A DNA stretch of 64,000 nt from Auanema rhodensis (lineage: Eukaryota > Animalia > Nematoda): assembly GCA_964057225.1 (NCBI GenBank), contig OZ059896.1, positions 11,656,001 to 11,720,000 of the forward strand. The letters run 5' to 3'. Made by a program: the position numbers and the translations under genes. Under the pieces are notes generated by a model. It was not told where the DNA came from and did not search any database. It saw only the letters and a list, made by a program, of their open reading frames with translations. Of the stretch, positions 54,501-63,829 are shown one piece after another. How positions within the stretch are numbered: position 1 is the first letter of the stretch; every line of letters begins with the position of its first letter.

Positions 54501-56834
54501 AGCGTCAGGGTATGGTTCTTCTGCTGGTTCGATTATTCCATTGTCTAGTTGTTCTTGAATGATTTTGTCGTATGCTGCTAGTGAATCTGGTTGTTGAGAT
54601 AATTTTACGACTAGACTTATGAGGCGTCTGTGAGCAAGTGATTTGTTGTCGGGGAGAAGATTGATGTTGTCTTTCCATGGGAAGGAGACGTAATAACCAT
54701 CGTCTCTTTTTTGGATGGTGGATTGGAATTGTTCCAATACTAGTTTGTCTCGTGCTTGTTTTTCTTCTTGTTCGGTTCCCGTAAATTCTTGCTGCTCCTC
54801 GATGAAGTTTTTGTTCCATGTGTCTATCGGGATAGAGGTGTTTCCAGTTATAACTGAGAAGGCGTTGATGGATGGTTGGTCGCTTGCTTTTCCTGTTATG
54901 AAGTCTCCAAATTGTGTCTTGACTTGTATGTGGTCGTCAGAGATTGGTATAATGGCTGTCAGAGCTTGCCACATTAAATCGGAGCCTATGAGTATGCGTG
55001 GATTGACGTAGGTTCCTTGATTTAATTTGAAGGTGGAGTTGTCTGATTTTGGAATTCGGACTGTTTTGATGGGACCCGTCAAGGTCTTTTTTGTCCAAAG
55101 GTGTGCAGTGATGTTGGAGACTGTTCCTTTGATTGTTGCTTTCACCTTTGTGAGGTGTTCAACGCTTTTTGTGTTGCCGAAAGTCTTGATTTTTACGCGT
55201 TTAGATTCTATAACGGGTAGTTGAAGTTCTTTGGCAAGTTCTTCTTCGATGAAAGATGTGTCCGATCCAGAGTCCAAGATGGCTGGGATTGTGGAAAATT
55301 TTCCATTCGTCATTATCTTGATTTCTCCTATTGGAAGGAGGGCGCTTTTGAATTGATTGGTAGAGAACTGGGAGGAAAATTGAACCGTGTGTTCTTCGGT
55401 TTCCTCGTCATTGTAGGGTGTGCTCTCAATTAAGTTGACTTTGGTCGTCTTCTTTTTATTAGCGCATAAGATGTCGATGTGTTTTTCTCCGCATTTGGAG
55501 CATGTTCGTTTGCTTGGACATGACTCCGTGTTGTGTGTTTTGCGGAGACAGTTGATGCATCTCTTTTCCTGGTTGAGAATGGTTAGGCGCTCCTTCCTCG
55601 ACTTTGTTGTGTCACAGTCCCATGGGGCGTGAGGTTTCTGGCAGAAGATGCAACTGGATGATTTTGCTAGTTTTTTAGCTTCTGGTTTGTTGCGTTGGGA
55701 ATTGTAGGTGTTCCCTGGTGGTGAGTTGTAGACTCGTGTGATTGGTTTCTCGAACCGATCTGCTGCGAAAATTTTCACCTTGTTTTGGCATCGGATATGT
55801 CGCCTTGTGATGTCTACTAGGTCTCTGATGTCAGGTGTTTTTCCCGAGGGGAATGATTTGTAGATCTCTTGGAGAAGGTTCCCTGGTAGTTTCTTGTGTA
55901 AGATAACTACAGCGAGGGAGTTGAGTTCGGCGTTCCTGTTTCCTTCAGTTTGGCGAAAAATGCCTGCGATCTTGTCCATCATGGTGAGGAGGTCATGCTG
56001 GTTGGATGTTCTCGCTTGTATCTGGAGAAATTCCAGCATGAGATGTTGTGTGATGTTGTCGTTATCATCATATAGATCCTGTAGGTGATGTACTGCGCTG
56101 AAGTAGTAGTCTTCATCCGTTGGGAATGAAGCTATTTGTGAAGCTGCTTCTCCTGTTAATGACTGGCGAAGGTAGTTAAACTTTTCTATGGTGGGCATGT
56201 TCGATGAGTGTATGAGTGTGTGGAACAAGCACCAAAAGTTTTTCCAGCTTTTCACGTTGCCATCGAAGCGTGGGATATCGACAGGTTTGAGTGTTGGCCG
56301 TGATCGATATGTTTCCCAGCTTCGAGGTTGTGTGGCGTGTGTGAGTTCAGCAGTTCCAATGAGGTGGTGCTCAGAGGGCTGTGAACTGTCTGTGTGTGTT
56401 GGGTCAGGGCTGTTCTCAGTGTGGTTGAGACCCTTCAGGTAGTTGACTTGTTCTTGTATGTCGTTACTGTATGACAGTAGGGTAGAGATGTGTTTCCGCA
56501 GAGTTTCTTCGTTCTTCGTGATCCGACTTTGGTCCTCGGGGCGTAGGTCGGTTGGGATGTGTTTCATCTCGTCCATCAGTTTGTTGATGGCGAGGATGTC
56601 CCCATTGATGTTTGAAATCTCCCTTTCACGGGTGTCAATCATGCTTGGGGTTTTGTTGGAGGTATTAGTAACTTGACGTACCGCATATGATTTCCTCCTT
56701 GCGTCGTTGTCCTTGAGCTTAGCGAGTAATAATGAGCAGCTGCTGTTCCATTGTTCGGCGCGAGTTTCTTCGTTGGACTCGGCTTGATGCACCATGTCGT
56801 TTTGTCCTCTAGTTGGAGAGCGAATAACGGGCAT
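48585..56834 (-). CDS. Gag-Pol-Env polyprotein, 2749 aa
   Basis: DUF1759-like Gag (IPRFDGNVKSWKNFW...KFNYLRQSLTGEA) and three Cys/His knuckles (CIFCQKPHAPWDC, CINCLRKTHNTESC, CSKCGEKHIDILC; ~55470-55655). Aspartic protease ILDSGS (~55270). RT LRIVYDAS/ADVKKAFLQI/VPFGINASPF/YVDN (~54050). Pao RNase H (TDSS, TIPKAE, SDSEI, NPADIATRG). Integrase HHCC + LDYFGP/CDNATTF/GGFYERL. Cys-rich env with CGGIGCGCFYPSSGCLF (~50510-50555). The true start may be the second Met at 56795. Confidence 0.95.
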   Translation of the reverse strand: MPVIRSPTRGQNDMVHQAESNEETRAEQWNSSCSLLLAKLKDNDARRKSYAVRQVTNTSNKTPSMIDTREREISNINGDILAINKLMDEMKHIPTDLRPEDQSRITKNEETLRKHISTLLSYSNDIQEQVNYLKGLNHTENSPDPTHTDSSQPSEHHLIGTAELTHATQPRSWETYRSRPTLKPVDIPRFDGNVKSWKNFWCLFHTLIHSSNMPTIEKFNYLRQSLTGEAASQIASFPTDEDYYFSAVHHLQDLYDDNDNITQHLMLEFLQIQARTSNQHDLLTMMDKIAGIFRQTEGNRNAELNSLAVVILHKKLPGNLLQEIYKSFPSGKTPDIRDLVDITRRHIRCQNKVKIFAADRFEKPITRVYNSPPGNTYNSQRNKPEAKKLAKSSSCIFCQKPHAPWDCDTTKSRKERLTILNQEKRCINCLRKTHNTESCPSKRTCSKCGEKHIDILCANKKKTTKVNLIESTPYNDEETEEHTVQFSSQFSTNQFKSALLPIGEIKIMTNGKFSTIPAILDSGSDTSFIEEELAKELQLPVIESKRVKIKTFGNTKSVEHLTKVKATIKGTVSNITAHLWTKKTLTGPIKTVRIPKSDNSTFKLNQGTYVNPRILIGSDLMWQALTAIIPISDDHIQVKTQFGDFITGKASDQPSINAFSVITGNTSIPIDTWNKNFIEEQQEFTGTEQEEKQARDKLVLEQFQSTIQKRDDGYYVSFPWKDNINLLPDNKSLAHRRLISLVVKLSQQPDSLAAYDKIIQEQLDNGIIEPAEEPYPDAQTIHYIAHQAVLTPQKETTKLRIVYDASGHYQNRPSLNDVIHQGPLILPSLVGMILRFRCGKMALIADVKKAFLQIRLHESERDATRFFWLRDISKPMSTENTRTLRFCRVPFGINASPFLLAATIRHHLEQRSNENFLAHQIKENLYVDNLLLATNSEEDLKLGYQETKDIFAEMNMTLQEFITNSPDFNKNLLLEEKNTSAKPKVLGLPWDTETDQWIIQTKLPETKLTKRGITQAIASIFDPMGLISPCLHPLRLFLQNLWTENYDWDTTLPEEHQKTWHTLAENFNFNKTQQRALPEDPNQQYHLVTCTDSSGSALGFCTYLLAATSRIPTLIFAKSKLHSKNSNITIPKAEISALTVGVTNTNKIIKEMKDNIKILSTTFLSDSEITLAWIRRKPDQKTTGVLVQNRIKEIYDHIDQIEDMDIKTYFGYINTKDNPADIATRGCTTDELLNHFWWNPKAQIDKAINGPLFSLPQPEITVNTARTSEEYEESWLEHCNTWIQAQEKWIAENYSLLEKRLPTHYEEAELNLLHLHQHNLLVRLTAAQRNDLRPLLKDHLWHSRGRMQNSELDESAKLPIIVLPKTRTATLIIEHVHNQFHKSTSHTMAEVRQKFWIPQLRSQTISVIRRCVECQRMNNRPFTYPPSGDIPSRRLNRSRPFQHIGLDYFGPLTVKDKPHKVWGCIYTCTVTRLLHLEVIEDLTTKAFLNCLRKIWARRGYPESITCDNATTFELGQKVANRLFSIANTTQTGDSHKIKWHNITPYAPWQGGFYERLIRSVKDSLHKTMKNIPTSEELSITLAECEATLNTRPLTYIGSDTGTDEIIRPCDFIHKDLDLNISFHSDDDDEEYLDNPALQTRADTEKAIHSSRQRTNKFWELWIELYLKELREHHKNNISVKKAGSNQQPRIDQYVLINDSPIPRYKWPIGKITHISPDKNGQTREVTLLSESGRELKRPVNLLHPLELSDDDIPERLRNTNPSRDVPPIRQSNPRNVPRLWYGEQRTNLFTFLSIFSILLPIISATPTISCNYQGVQIQGISTNNQQVCIHNTCYNNSHDGNLIFPPADILTNYDVSWTFQHNSRIHHMMITCPAVHFCSTVTCTFCTATLFNPSCWPWTSMLLLTFLTYMLTALCYGILYTPWVIGKPIRLWIRLCTTIIMTIIKTIRHTRQPRPHKSAIPLLALMSLIQVTFSCQELAITSSEQSTCIQEKCHIQTTHNLNISPYTQEACLTLSNNQDNISFLRIQWIKTNYKCETRSLYFTRESKTHVQDSKRCPHTGSCQEEKCSNITPNSTVSELHIANQYPGTTHCTESCGGIGCGCFYPSSGCLFYRTYQKPTDTSIYEVYDCNSWTPTTDLSLTYRNGSTTISKNVTLYSDVPKHIYPFTLTITSLSPPVIPAMQYKFIRNLTRTAIWNQQPMLSCSSRRDAINMNCNATPTCVCTPAEDQVNCQCHETSITSAFTNVQSAIPMLTPSYMIMNEERNLRININSNMLTVIHIKIDGEFHTSSSQDSTHCNIQDSPLTGCYNCNRGAQASITCTSPQPTLAAIQCGESAFMTQCSPQGTTNSIQLPITSASPRITCTYTCGTQENTFLLSGMLYYVNTLQDLRSHYIHGNHSSLQETAFTFSWPDITHFYNIYQEWYKALATCLLIAIIAFTFSYYIITTYATRLALGTAHYMAAATCYIFLIPLRVFIIFWRQLLLLKSRKTHILVVFILFTMSLANTRACEINLVLQRSQERCDSFLKLTREKRIECLKELTQHMDQSLRDFYKTEASELSDKSNLINSAATALKNFIRLKDFLNTARTHHVFQNEQDKLKPFGNERRLNELMKSIQREHIPAINGDKMPYNSSTIKRDGEAPGCPQPKGNIIVVEAQPELKEILEELKQMRSENKRMTSVLIEQLDQQRKIDSLKKELKEIKELLAKGIQAKPRVSKETQTTGRIKTRKEMEQEILPTKRNKTQAAIITI
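56778..56794 (-). other. Primer binding site TGGTGCATCAAGCCGAG, probably tRNA-Gly
   Basis: Begins directly after the 5' LTR terminal CA. TGGTGCATC is complementary to a ...GATGCACCA 3' end as in tRNA-Gly(GCC); the match appears partial beyond ~9 nt. Confidence 0.75.
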
Positions 56835-57327
56835 TTGTGGTTCAGTGGTAGTGGAATATTAGTCCAAGTAATAGGCAATAGACGCGAGTACAAGAGAAGA
56901 GTTTATTGTCGGCGATACGAATACAATACGAGTAAAATAGCAATAAATTGACGGGAAGATGATAGCGGTGGCAGGATAATATTGAGACATGATTTAGAAG
57001 AATTATTGCGGGTTTATATACTAGGTCCCCGGAAGTGATAGATAATGTATTAATTGTAGAAAGCGAGAGGAGGGGTCTAAATCCTATGTGATTCATCCTC
57101 CTTGCAAGTGGGCGACGGCTATCGCGCCTAAGATCTTGCCTAATGGATCAGATGGCAAAGGGCGATAGGTGATTCATCGGCAAATCGGCCGTTGGTGACA
57201 ACTTACAGGATTATCGATTAGATAGTTGAGGATAATGGATAGTACAAAGAGAGGACAATAAAGAAGTACAATTGAACTTAAACTAAGGAGGAACACTATT
57301 ATCACGGGATGAGAGTGCTTCAGCACA
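56795..57327 (-). repeat. 5' LTR (533 bp)
   Basis: Reads TGTGCTGAAG...GGACAAAACGACA on the - strand, followed by the PBS. Confidence 0.96.
57013..57020 (-). promoter_or_regulatory. Putative LTR TATA box (TATATAAA)
   Basis: Lies ~105 bp upstream of AATAAA (56902-56907, -), giving the expected U3-R-U5 order. Retained in the clipped LTRs (e.g. 44381-44388, +). Confidence 0.6.
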
Positions 57328-58495
57328 AAAACATATAAATTTCAATATTGTGATGCTCAAAAACTGAAACATTTAAATATTTTGTATTTTCTAAACCATT
57401 TCACTAAATCTATTTTATTTAATTCCATATTTTAAACAATTTTATAATTCTACCACTATTTCATAATTTCATTTTTTAAATTTTTAATCATTAAAAAACA
57501 TATAAATTTCAATATTGTGATGATCAAAAACTGAAACATTTAAATATTTTGTATTTTCTTAACCATTTCACCAAATCTATTTTATTTAATTCCATATTTT
57601 AAACAATTTTATAATTCTACCACTATTTCATAATTTCATTTTTTAAATTTTTAATCATTAAAAAACATATAAATTTCAATATTGTGATGCTCAAAAACTG
57701 AAACATTTAAATATTTTGTATTTTCTTAACCATTTCACCAAATCTATTTTATTTAATTCCATATTTTAAACAATTTTATAATTCTACCACTATTTCATAA
57801 TTTCATTTTTTAAATTTTTAATCATTAAAAAACATATAAATTTCAATATTGTGATGCTCAAAAACTGAAACATTTAAATATTTTGTATTTTCTTAACCAT
57901 TTCACTAAATCTATTTTATTTAATTCCATATTTTAAACAACTTTATAATTCTACCACTATTTCATAATTTCATTCTTTAAATTTTTAATCATTAAAAAAC
58001 ATATAAATTTCAATATTGTGATGCTCAAAAACTGAAACATTTAAATATTTTGTATTTTCTTAACCATTTCACTCCATCTCTTTTATTTAATCCCATATTT
58101 TAAACAATTTTATAATTCTACCACTATTTCATAATTTCATTCTTTAAATTTTTAATCATTAAAAAACATTTAAATTTCAATATTGTGATGATCAAAAACT
58201 GAAACATTTAAATATTTTGTATTTTCTAAACCATTTCACTCCATCTCTTTTATTTAATTCCATAGTTTAAACAATTTTATATTTCTACCACAATTTCATA
58301 ATTTCATTTTTTAAATTTTTAATCATTAAAAAACATATAAATTTCAATATTGTGATGATCAAAAACTGAAACATTTAAATATTTTATATTTTCTAAACCA
58401 TTTCACTCCATCTCTTTTATTTAATTCCATATTTTAAACAATTTCATAATTCTACCACTATTTCATAATTTCATTTTTTAAATTTTTAATCATTA

Positions 58496-59022
58496 TGTGC
58501 TGAAGCACTCTCATCCCGTGATAATAGTGTTCCTCCTCAGTTTAAGTTCAATTGTACTTCTTTATTGTCCTCTCTTTGTACTATCCATTATCCTCAACTA
58601 TCTAATCGATAATCCTGTAAGTTGTCACCAACGGCCGATTTGCCGATGAATCACCTATCGCCCTTTGCCATCTGATCCATTAGGCAAGATCTTAGGCGCG
58701 ATAGCCGTCGCCCACTTGCAAGGGGGATGAATCACGTAGGATTTAGACCCCTCCTCTCGCTTTCTACAATTAATACATTATCTTTCACTTCCGGGGACCT
58801 AGTATATAAACCCGCAATAATTCTTCTAAATCATGTCTCAATATTATTTTGCCACCGCTATCATCTTTCCGTCAATTTATTTCATTTTACTCGTATTGTA
58901 TTCGTATCGCCGATAATAAACTCTTCTCTTGTACTCGCGTCTATTGCCTATTACTTGGACTAATATTCCACTACCACTGAACCACAAATGCCCGTTATTC
59001 GCTCTCCAACTAGAGGACAAAA
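58496..59022 (+). mobile_element. 3'-clipped LTR, copy 2 (527 bp)
   Basis: Same junctions as copy 1 (aatcatta|TGTGC ... GGACAAAA|attttattta). Confidence 0.95.
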
Positions 59023-60106
59023 ATTTTATTTAATTCCATATTTTAAACAATTTTATAATTCTACCACTATTTCATAATTTCATTTTTTAAATTTTTAATC
59101 ATTAAAAAACATATAAATTTCAATATTGTGATGATCAAAAACTGAAACATTTAAATATTTTATATTTTCTAAACCATTTCACTCCATCTCTTTTATTTAA
59201 TTCCATATTTTAAACAATTTCATAATTCTACCACTATTTCATAATTTCATTTTTTAAATTTTCAATCATTAAAAAACATATAAATTTCAATATTGTGATG
59301 CTCAAAAACTGAAACATTTAAATATTTTGTATTTTCTTAACCATTTCACCAAATCTATTTTATTTAATTCCATATTTTAAACAATTTTATAATTCTACCA
59401 CTATTTCATAATTTCATTTTTTAATTTTTTAATCATTAAAAAACATATAAATTTCAATATTGTGATGCTCAAAAACTGAAACATTTAAATATTTTGTATT
59501 TTCTTAACCATTTCACTCCATCTCTTTTATTTAATCCCATATTTTAAACAATTTTATAATTCTACCACTATTTCATATTTTCATTCTTTAAATTTTTAAT
59601 CATTAAAAAACATATAAATTTCAATATTGTGATGCTCAAAAACTGAAACATTTAAATATTTTGTATTTTCTTAACCATTTCACCAAATCTATTTTATTTA
59701 ATTCCATATTTTAAACAATTTTATAATTCTACCACTATTTCATAATTTCATTCTTTAAATTTTTAATCATTAAAAAACATATAAATTTCAATATTGTGAT
59801 GCTCAAAAACTGAAACATTTAAATATTTTGTATTTTCTAAACCATTTCACTAAATCTATTTTATTTAATTCCATATTTTAAACAATTTTATAATTCTACC
59901 ACTATTTCATAATTTCATTTTTTAAATTTTTAATCATTAAAAAACATATAAATTTCAATATTGTGATGATCAAAAACTGAAACATTTAAATATTTTATAT
60001 TTTCTAAACCATTTCACTCCATCTCTTTTATTTAATTCCATATTTTAAACAATTTCATAATTCTACCACTATTTCATAATTTCATTTTTTAAATTTTTAA
60101 TCATTA

Positions 60107-60633
60107 TGTGCTGAAGCACTCTCATCCCGTGATAATAGTGTTCCTCCTCAGTTTAAGTTCAATTGTACTTCTTTATTGTCCTCTCTTTGTACTATCCATT
60201 ATCCTCAACTATCTAATCGATAATCCTGTAAGTTGTCACCAACGGCCGATTTGCCGATGAATCACCTATCGCCCTTTGCCATCTGATCCATTAGGCAAGA
60301 TCTTAGGCGCGATAGCCGTCGCCCACTTGCAAGGGGGATGAATCACGTAGGATTTAGATCCCTCCTCTCGCTTTCTACAATTAATACATTATCTATCACT
60401 TCCGGGGACCTAGTATATAAACCCGCAATAATTCTTCTAAATCATGTCTCAATATTATTCTGCCACCGCTATCATCTTCCCGTCAATTTATTTCATTTTA
60501 CTCGTATTGTATTCGTATCGCCGATAATAAACTCTTCTCTTGTACTCGCGTCTATTGCCTATTACTTGGACTAATATTCCACTACCACTGAACCACAAAT
60601 GCCCGTTATTCGCTCTCCAACTAGAGGACAAAA
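60107..60633 (+). mobile_element. 3'-clipped LTR, copy 3 (527 bp)
   Basis: Same junctions, 1611 bp after copy 2. Confidence 0.95.
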
Positions 60634-61717
60634 ATTTTATTTAATTCCTTATTTTAAACAATTTTATAACTCTACCACTATTTCATAATTTCATTTTTTA
60701 AATTTTTAATCATTAAAAAACATATGAATTTCAATATTGTGATGATCAAAAACTGAAACATTTAAATATTTTATATTTTCTAAACCATTTCACTCCATCT
60801 CTTTTATTTAATTCCATATTTTAAACAATTTCATAATTCTACCACTATTTCATAATTTCATTTTTTAAATTTTCAATCATTAAAAAACATATAAATTTCA
60901 ATATTGTGATGCTCAAAAACTGAAACATTTAAATATTTTGTATTTTCTTAACCATTTCACCAAATCTATTTTATTAAATTCCATATTTTAAACAATTTTA
61001 TAATTCTACCACTATTTCATAATTTCATTTTTTAAATTTTTAATCATTAAAAAACATATAAATTTCAATATTGTGATGCTCAAAAACTGAAACATTTAAA
61101 TATTTTGTATTTTCTTAACCATTTCACCAAATCTATTTTATTTAATTCCATATTTTAAACAATTTTATAATTCTACCACTATTTCATAATTTCATTTTTT
61201 AAATTTTTAATCATTAAAAAACATATAAATTTCAATATTGTGATGCTCAAAACCTGAAACATTTAAATATTTTGTATTTTCTTAACCATTTCACTCCATC
61301 TCTTTTATTTAATCCCATATTTTAAACAATTTTATAATTCTACCACTATTTCATAATTTCATTCTTTAAATTTTTAATCATTAAAAAACATATAAATTTC
61401 AATATTGTGATGCTCAAAAACTGAAACATTTAAATATTTTGTATTTTCTAAACCATTTCACTAAATCTATTTTATTTAATTCCATATTTTAAACAATTTT
61501 ATAATTCTACCACTATTTCATAATTTCATTTTTTAAATTTTTAATCATTAAAAAACATATAAATTTCAATATTGTGATGATCAAAAACTGAAACATTTAA
61601 ATATTTTATATTTTCTAAACCATTTCACTCCATCTCTTTTATTTAATTCCATATTTTAAACAATTTCATAATTCTACCACTATTTCATAATTTCATTTTT
61701 TAAATTTTTAATCATTA

Positions 61718-62244
61718 TGTGCTGAAGCACTCTCATCCCGTGATAATAGTGTTCCTCCTCAGTTTAAGTTCAATTGTACTTCTTTATTGTCCTCTCTTTG
61801 TACTATCCATTATCCTCAACTATCTAATCGATAATCCTGTAAGTTGTCACCAACGGCCGATTTGCCGATGAATCACCTATCGCCCTTTGCCATCTGATCC
61901 ATTAGGCAAGATCTTAGGCGCGATAGCCGTCGCCCACTTGCAAGGGGGATGAATCACGTAGGATTTAGACCCCTCCTCTCGCTTTCTACAATTAATACAT
62001 TACCTATCACTTCCGGGGACCTAGTATATAAACCCGCAATAATTCTTCTAAATCATGTCTCAATATTATTCTGCCACCGCTATCATCTTCCCGTCAATTT
62101 ATTTCATTTTACTCGTATTGTATTCGTATCGCCGATAATAAACTCTTCTCTTGTACTCGCGTCTATTGCCTATTACTTGGACTAATATTCCACTACCACT
62201 GAACCACAAATGCCCGTTATTCGCTCTCCAACTAGAGGACAAAA
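61718..62244 (+). mobile_element. 3'-clipped LTR, copy 4 (527 bp)
   Basis: Same junctions, 1611 bp after copy 3. Confidence 0.95.
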
Positions 62245-63829
62245 ATTTTATTTAATTCCATATTTTAAACAATTTTATAATTCTACCACTATTTCATAAT
62301 TTCATTTTTTAAATTTTTAATCATTAAAAAACATATAAATTTCAATATTGTGATGCTCAAAAACTGAAACATTTAAATATTTTGTATTTTCTTAACCATT
62401 TCACCAAATCTATTTTATTTAATTCCATATTTTAAACAATTTCATAATTCTACCACTATTTCATAATTTCATTCTTTAAATTTTTAATCATTAAAAAACA
62501 TATAAATTTCAATATTGTGATGCTCAAAAACTGAAACATTTAAATATTTTGTATTTTCTTAACCATTTCACTCCATCTCTTTTATTTAATCCCATATTTT
62601 AAACAATTTTATAATTCTACCACTATTTCATAATGTCATTCTTTAAATTTTTAATCATTAAAAAACATATAAATTTCAATATTGTGATGCTCAAAAACTG
62701 AAACATTTAAATATTTTGTATTTTCTTAACCATTTCACTAAATCTATTTTATTTAATTCCATATTTTAAACAATTTTATAATTCTACCACTATTTCATAA
62801 TTTCATTCTTTAAATTTTTAATCATTAAAAAACATATAAATTTCAATATTGTGATGCTCAAAAACTGAAACATGTAAATATTTTGTATTTTCTTAACCAT
62901 TTCACTAAATCTATTTTATTTAATTCCATATTTTAAACAATTTTATAATTCTACCACTATTTCATAATTTCATTGTTTAAATTTTTAATCATTAAAAAAC
63001 ATATAAATTTCAATATTGTGATGCTCAAAAACTGAAAAATTTAAATATTTTGTATTTTCTTAACCATTTCACCAAATCTATTTTATTTAATTCCATATTT
63101 TAAACAATTTTATAATTCTACCACTATTTCATAATTTCATTTTTTAAATTTTTAATCATTAAAAAACATATAAATTTCAATATTGTGATGCTCAAAAACT
63201 GAAACATTTAAATATTTTGTATTTTCTTAACCATTTCACTAAATCTATTTTAATTAATTCCATATTTTAAACAATTTTATAATTCTACCCTTATTTCATA
63301 ATTTCATTCTTTAAATTTTTAATCATTAAAAAACATATAAATTTCAATATTGTGATGCTCAAAAACTGAAACATTTAAATATTTTGTATTTTCTTAACCA
63401 TTTCACTAAATCTATTTTAATTAATTCCATATTTTAAACAATTTTATAATTCTACCACTATTTCATAATTTCATTCTTTAAATTTTTAATCATTAAAAAA
63501 CATATAAATTTCAATATTGTGATGCTCAAAAACTGAAACATTTAAATATTTTGTATTTTCTAAACCATTTCACTAAATCTATTTTATTTAATTCCATATT
63601 TTAAACAATTTTATAATTCTACCACTATTTCATAATTTCATTTTTTAAATTTTTAATCATTAAAAAACATATAAATTTCAATATTGTGATGATCAAAAAC
63701 TGAAACATTTAAATATTTTATATTTTCTAAACCATTTCACTCCATCTCTTTTATTTAATTCCATATTTTAAACAATTTCATAATTCTACCACTATTTCAT
63801 AATTTCATTTTTTAAATTTTTAATCATTA

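Larger units (their letters stand above)
48028..57327 (-). mobile_element. Full-length Bel/Pao LTR retrotransposon / endogenous belpaovirus with phlebovirus-like env (9300 bp)
   Basis: 533-bp direct LTRs with TG...CA ends, 5-bp TSD AAAAC (48023-48027; 57328-57332), PBS next to the 5' LTR, and one ORF with Gag-PR-RT-RH-IN-Env order. Confidence 0.97.
1169..63829. repeat. 167-bp AT-rich tandem satellite array (~290 monomers; 166-bp variants with gatcaaaact), interrupted by TEs
   Basis: Marker aatattgtga recurs at 1201, 1368, 1535... (period 167). Consensus aatcattaaaaaacat(t/a)taaatttcaatattgtgatg(c/a)tcaaaaactgaaacatttaaatattttgtattttctaaaccatttcactaaatctattttatttaattccatattttaaacaattttataattctaccactatttcataatttcattttttaaattttt, in a single orientation throughout. 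Confidence 0.98.

Noticed and set aside
48613-56951. Many 60-144 aa antisense or alternate-frame ORFs overlapping the polyprotein
   Set aside because: Shadow ORFs expected from codon bias of a long coding strand; none has recognisable motifs.
1169-63829. Calling the array a centromere
   Set aside because: Sequence alone cannot show CenH3 occupancy and the probable host group is holocentric; kept only as a hypothesis.
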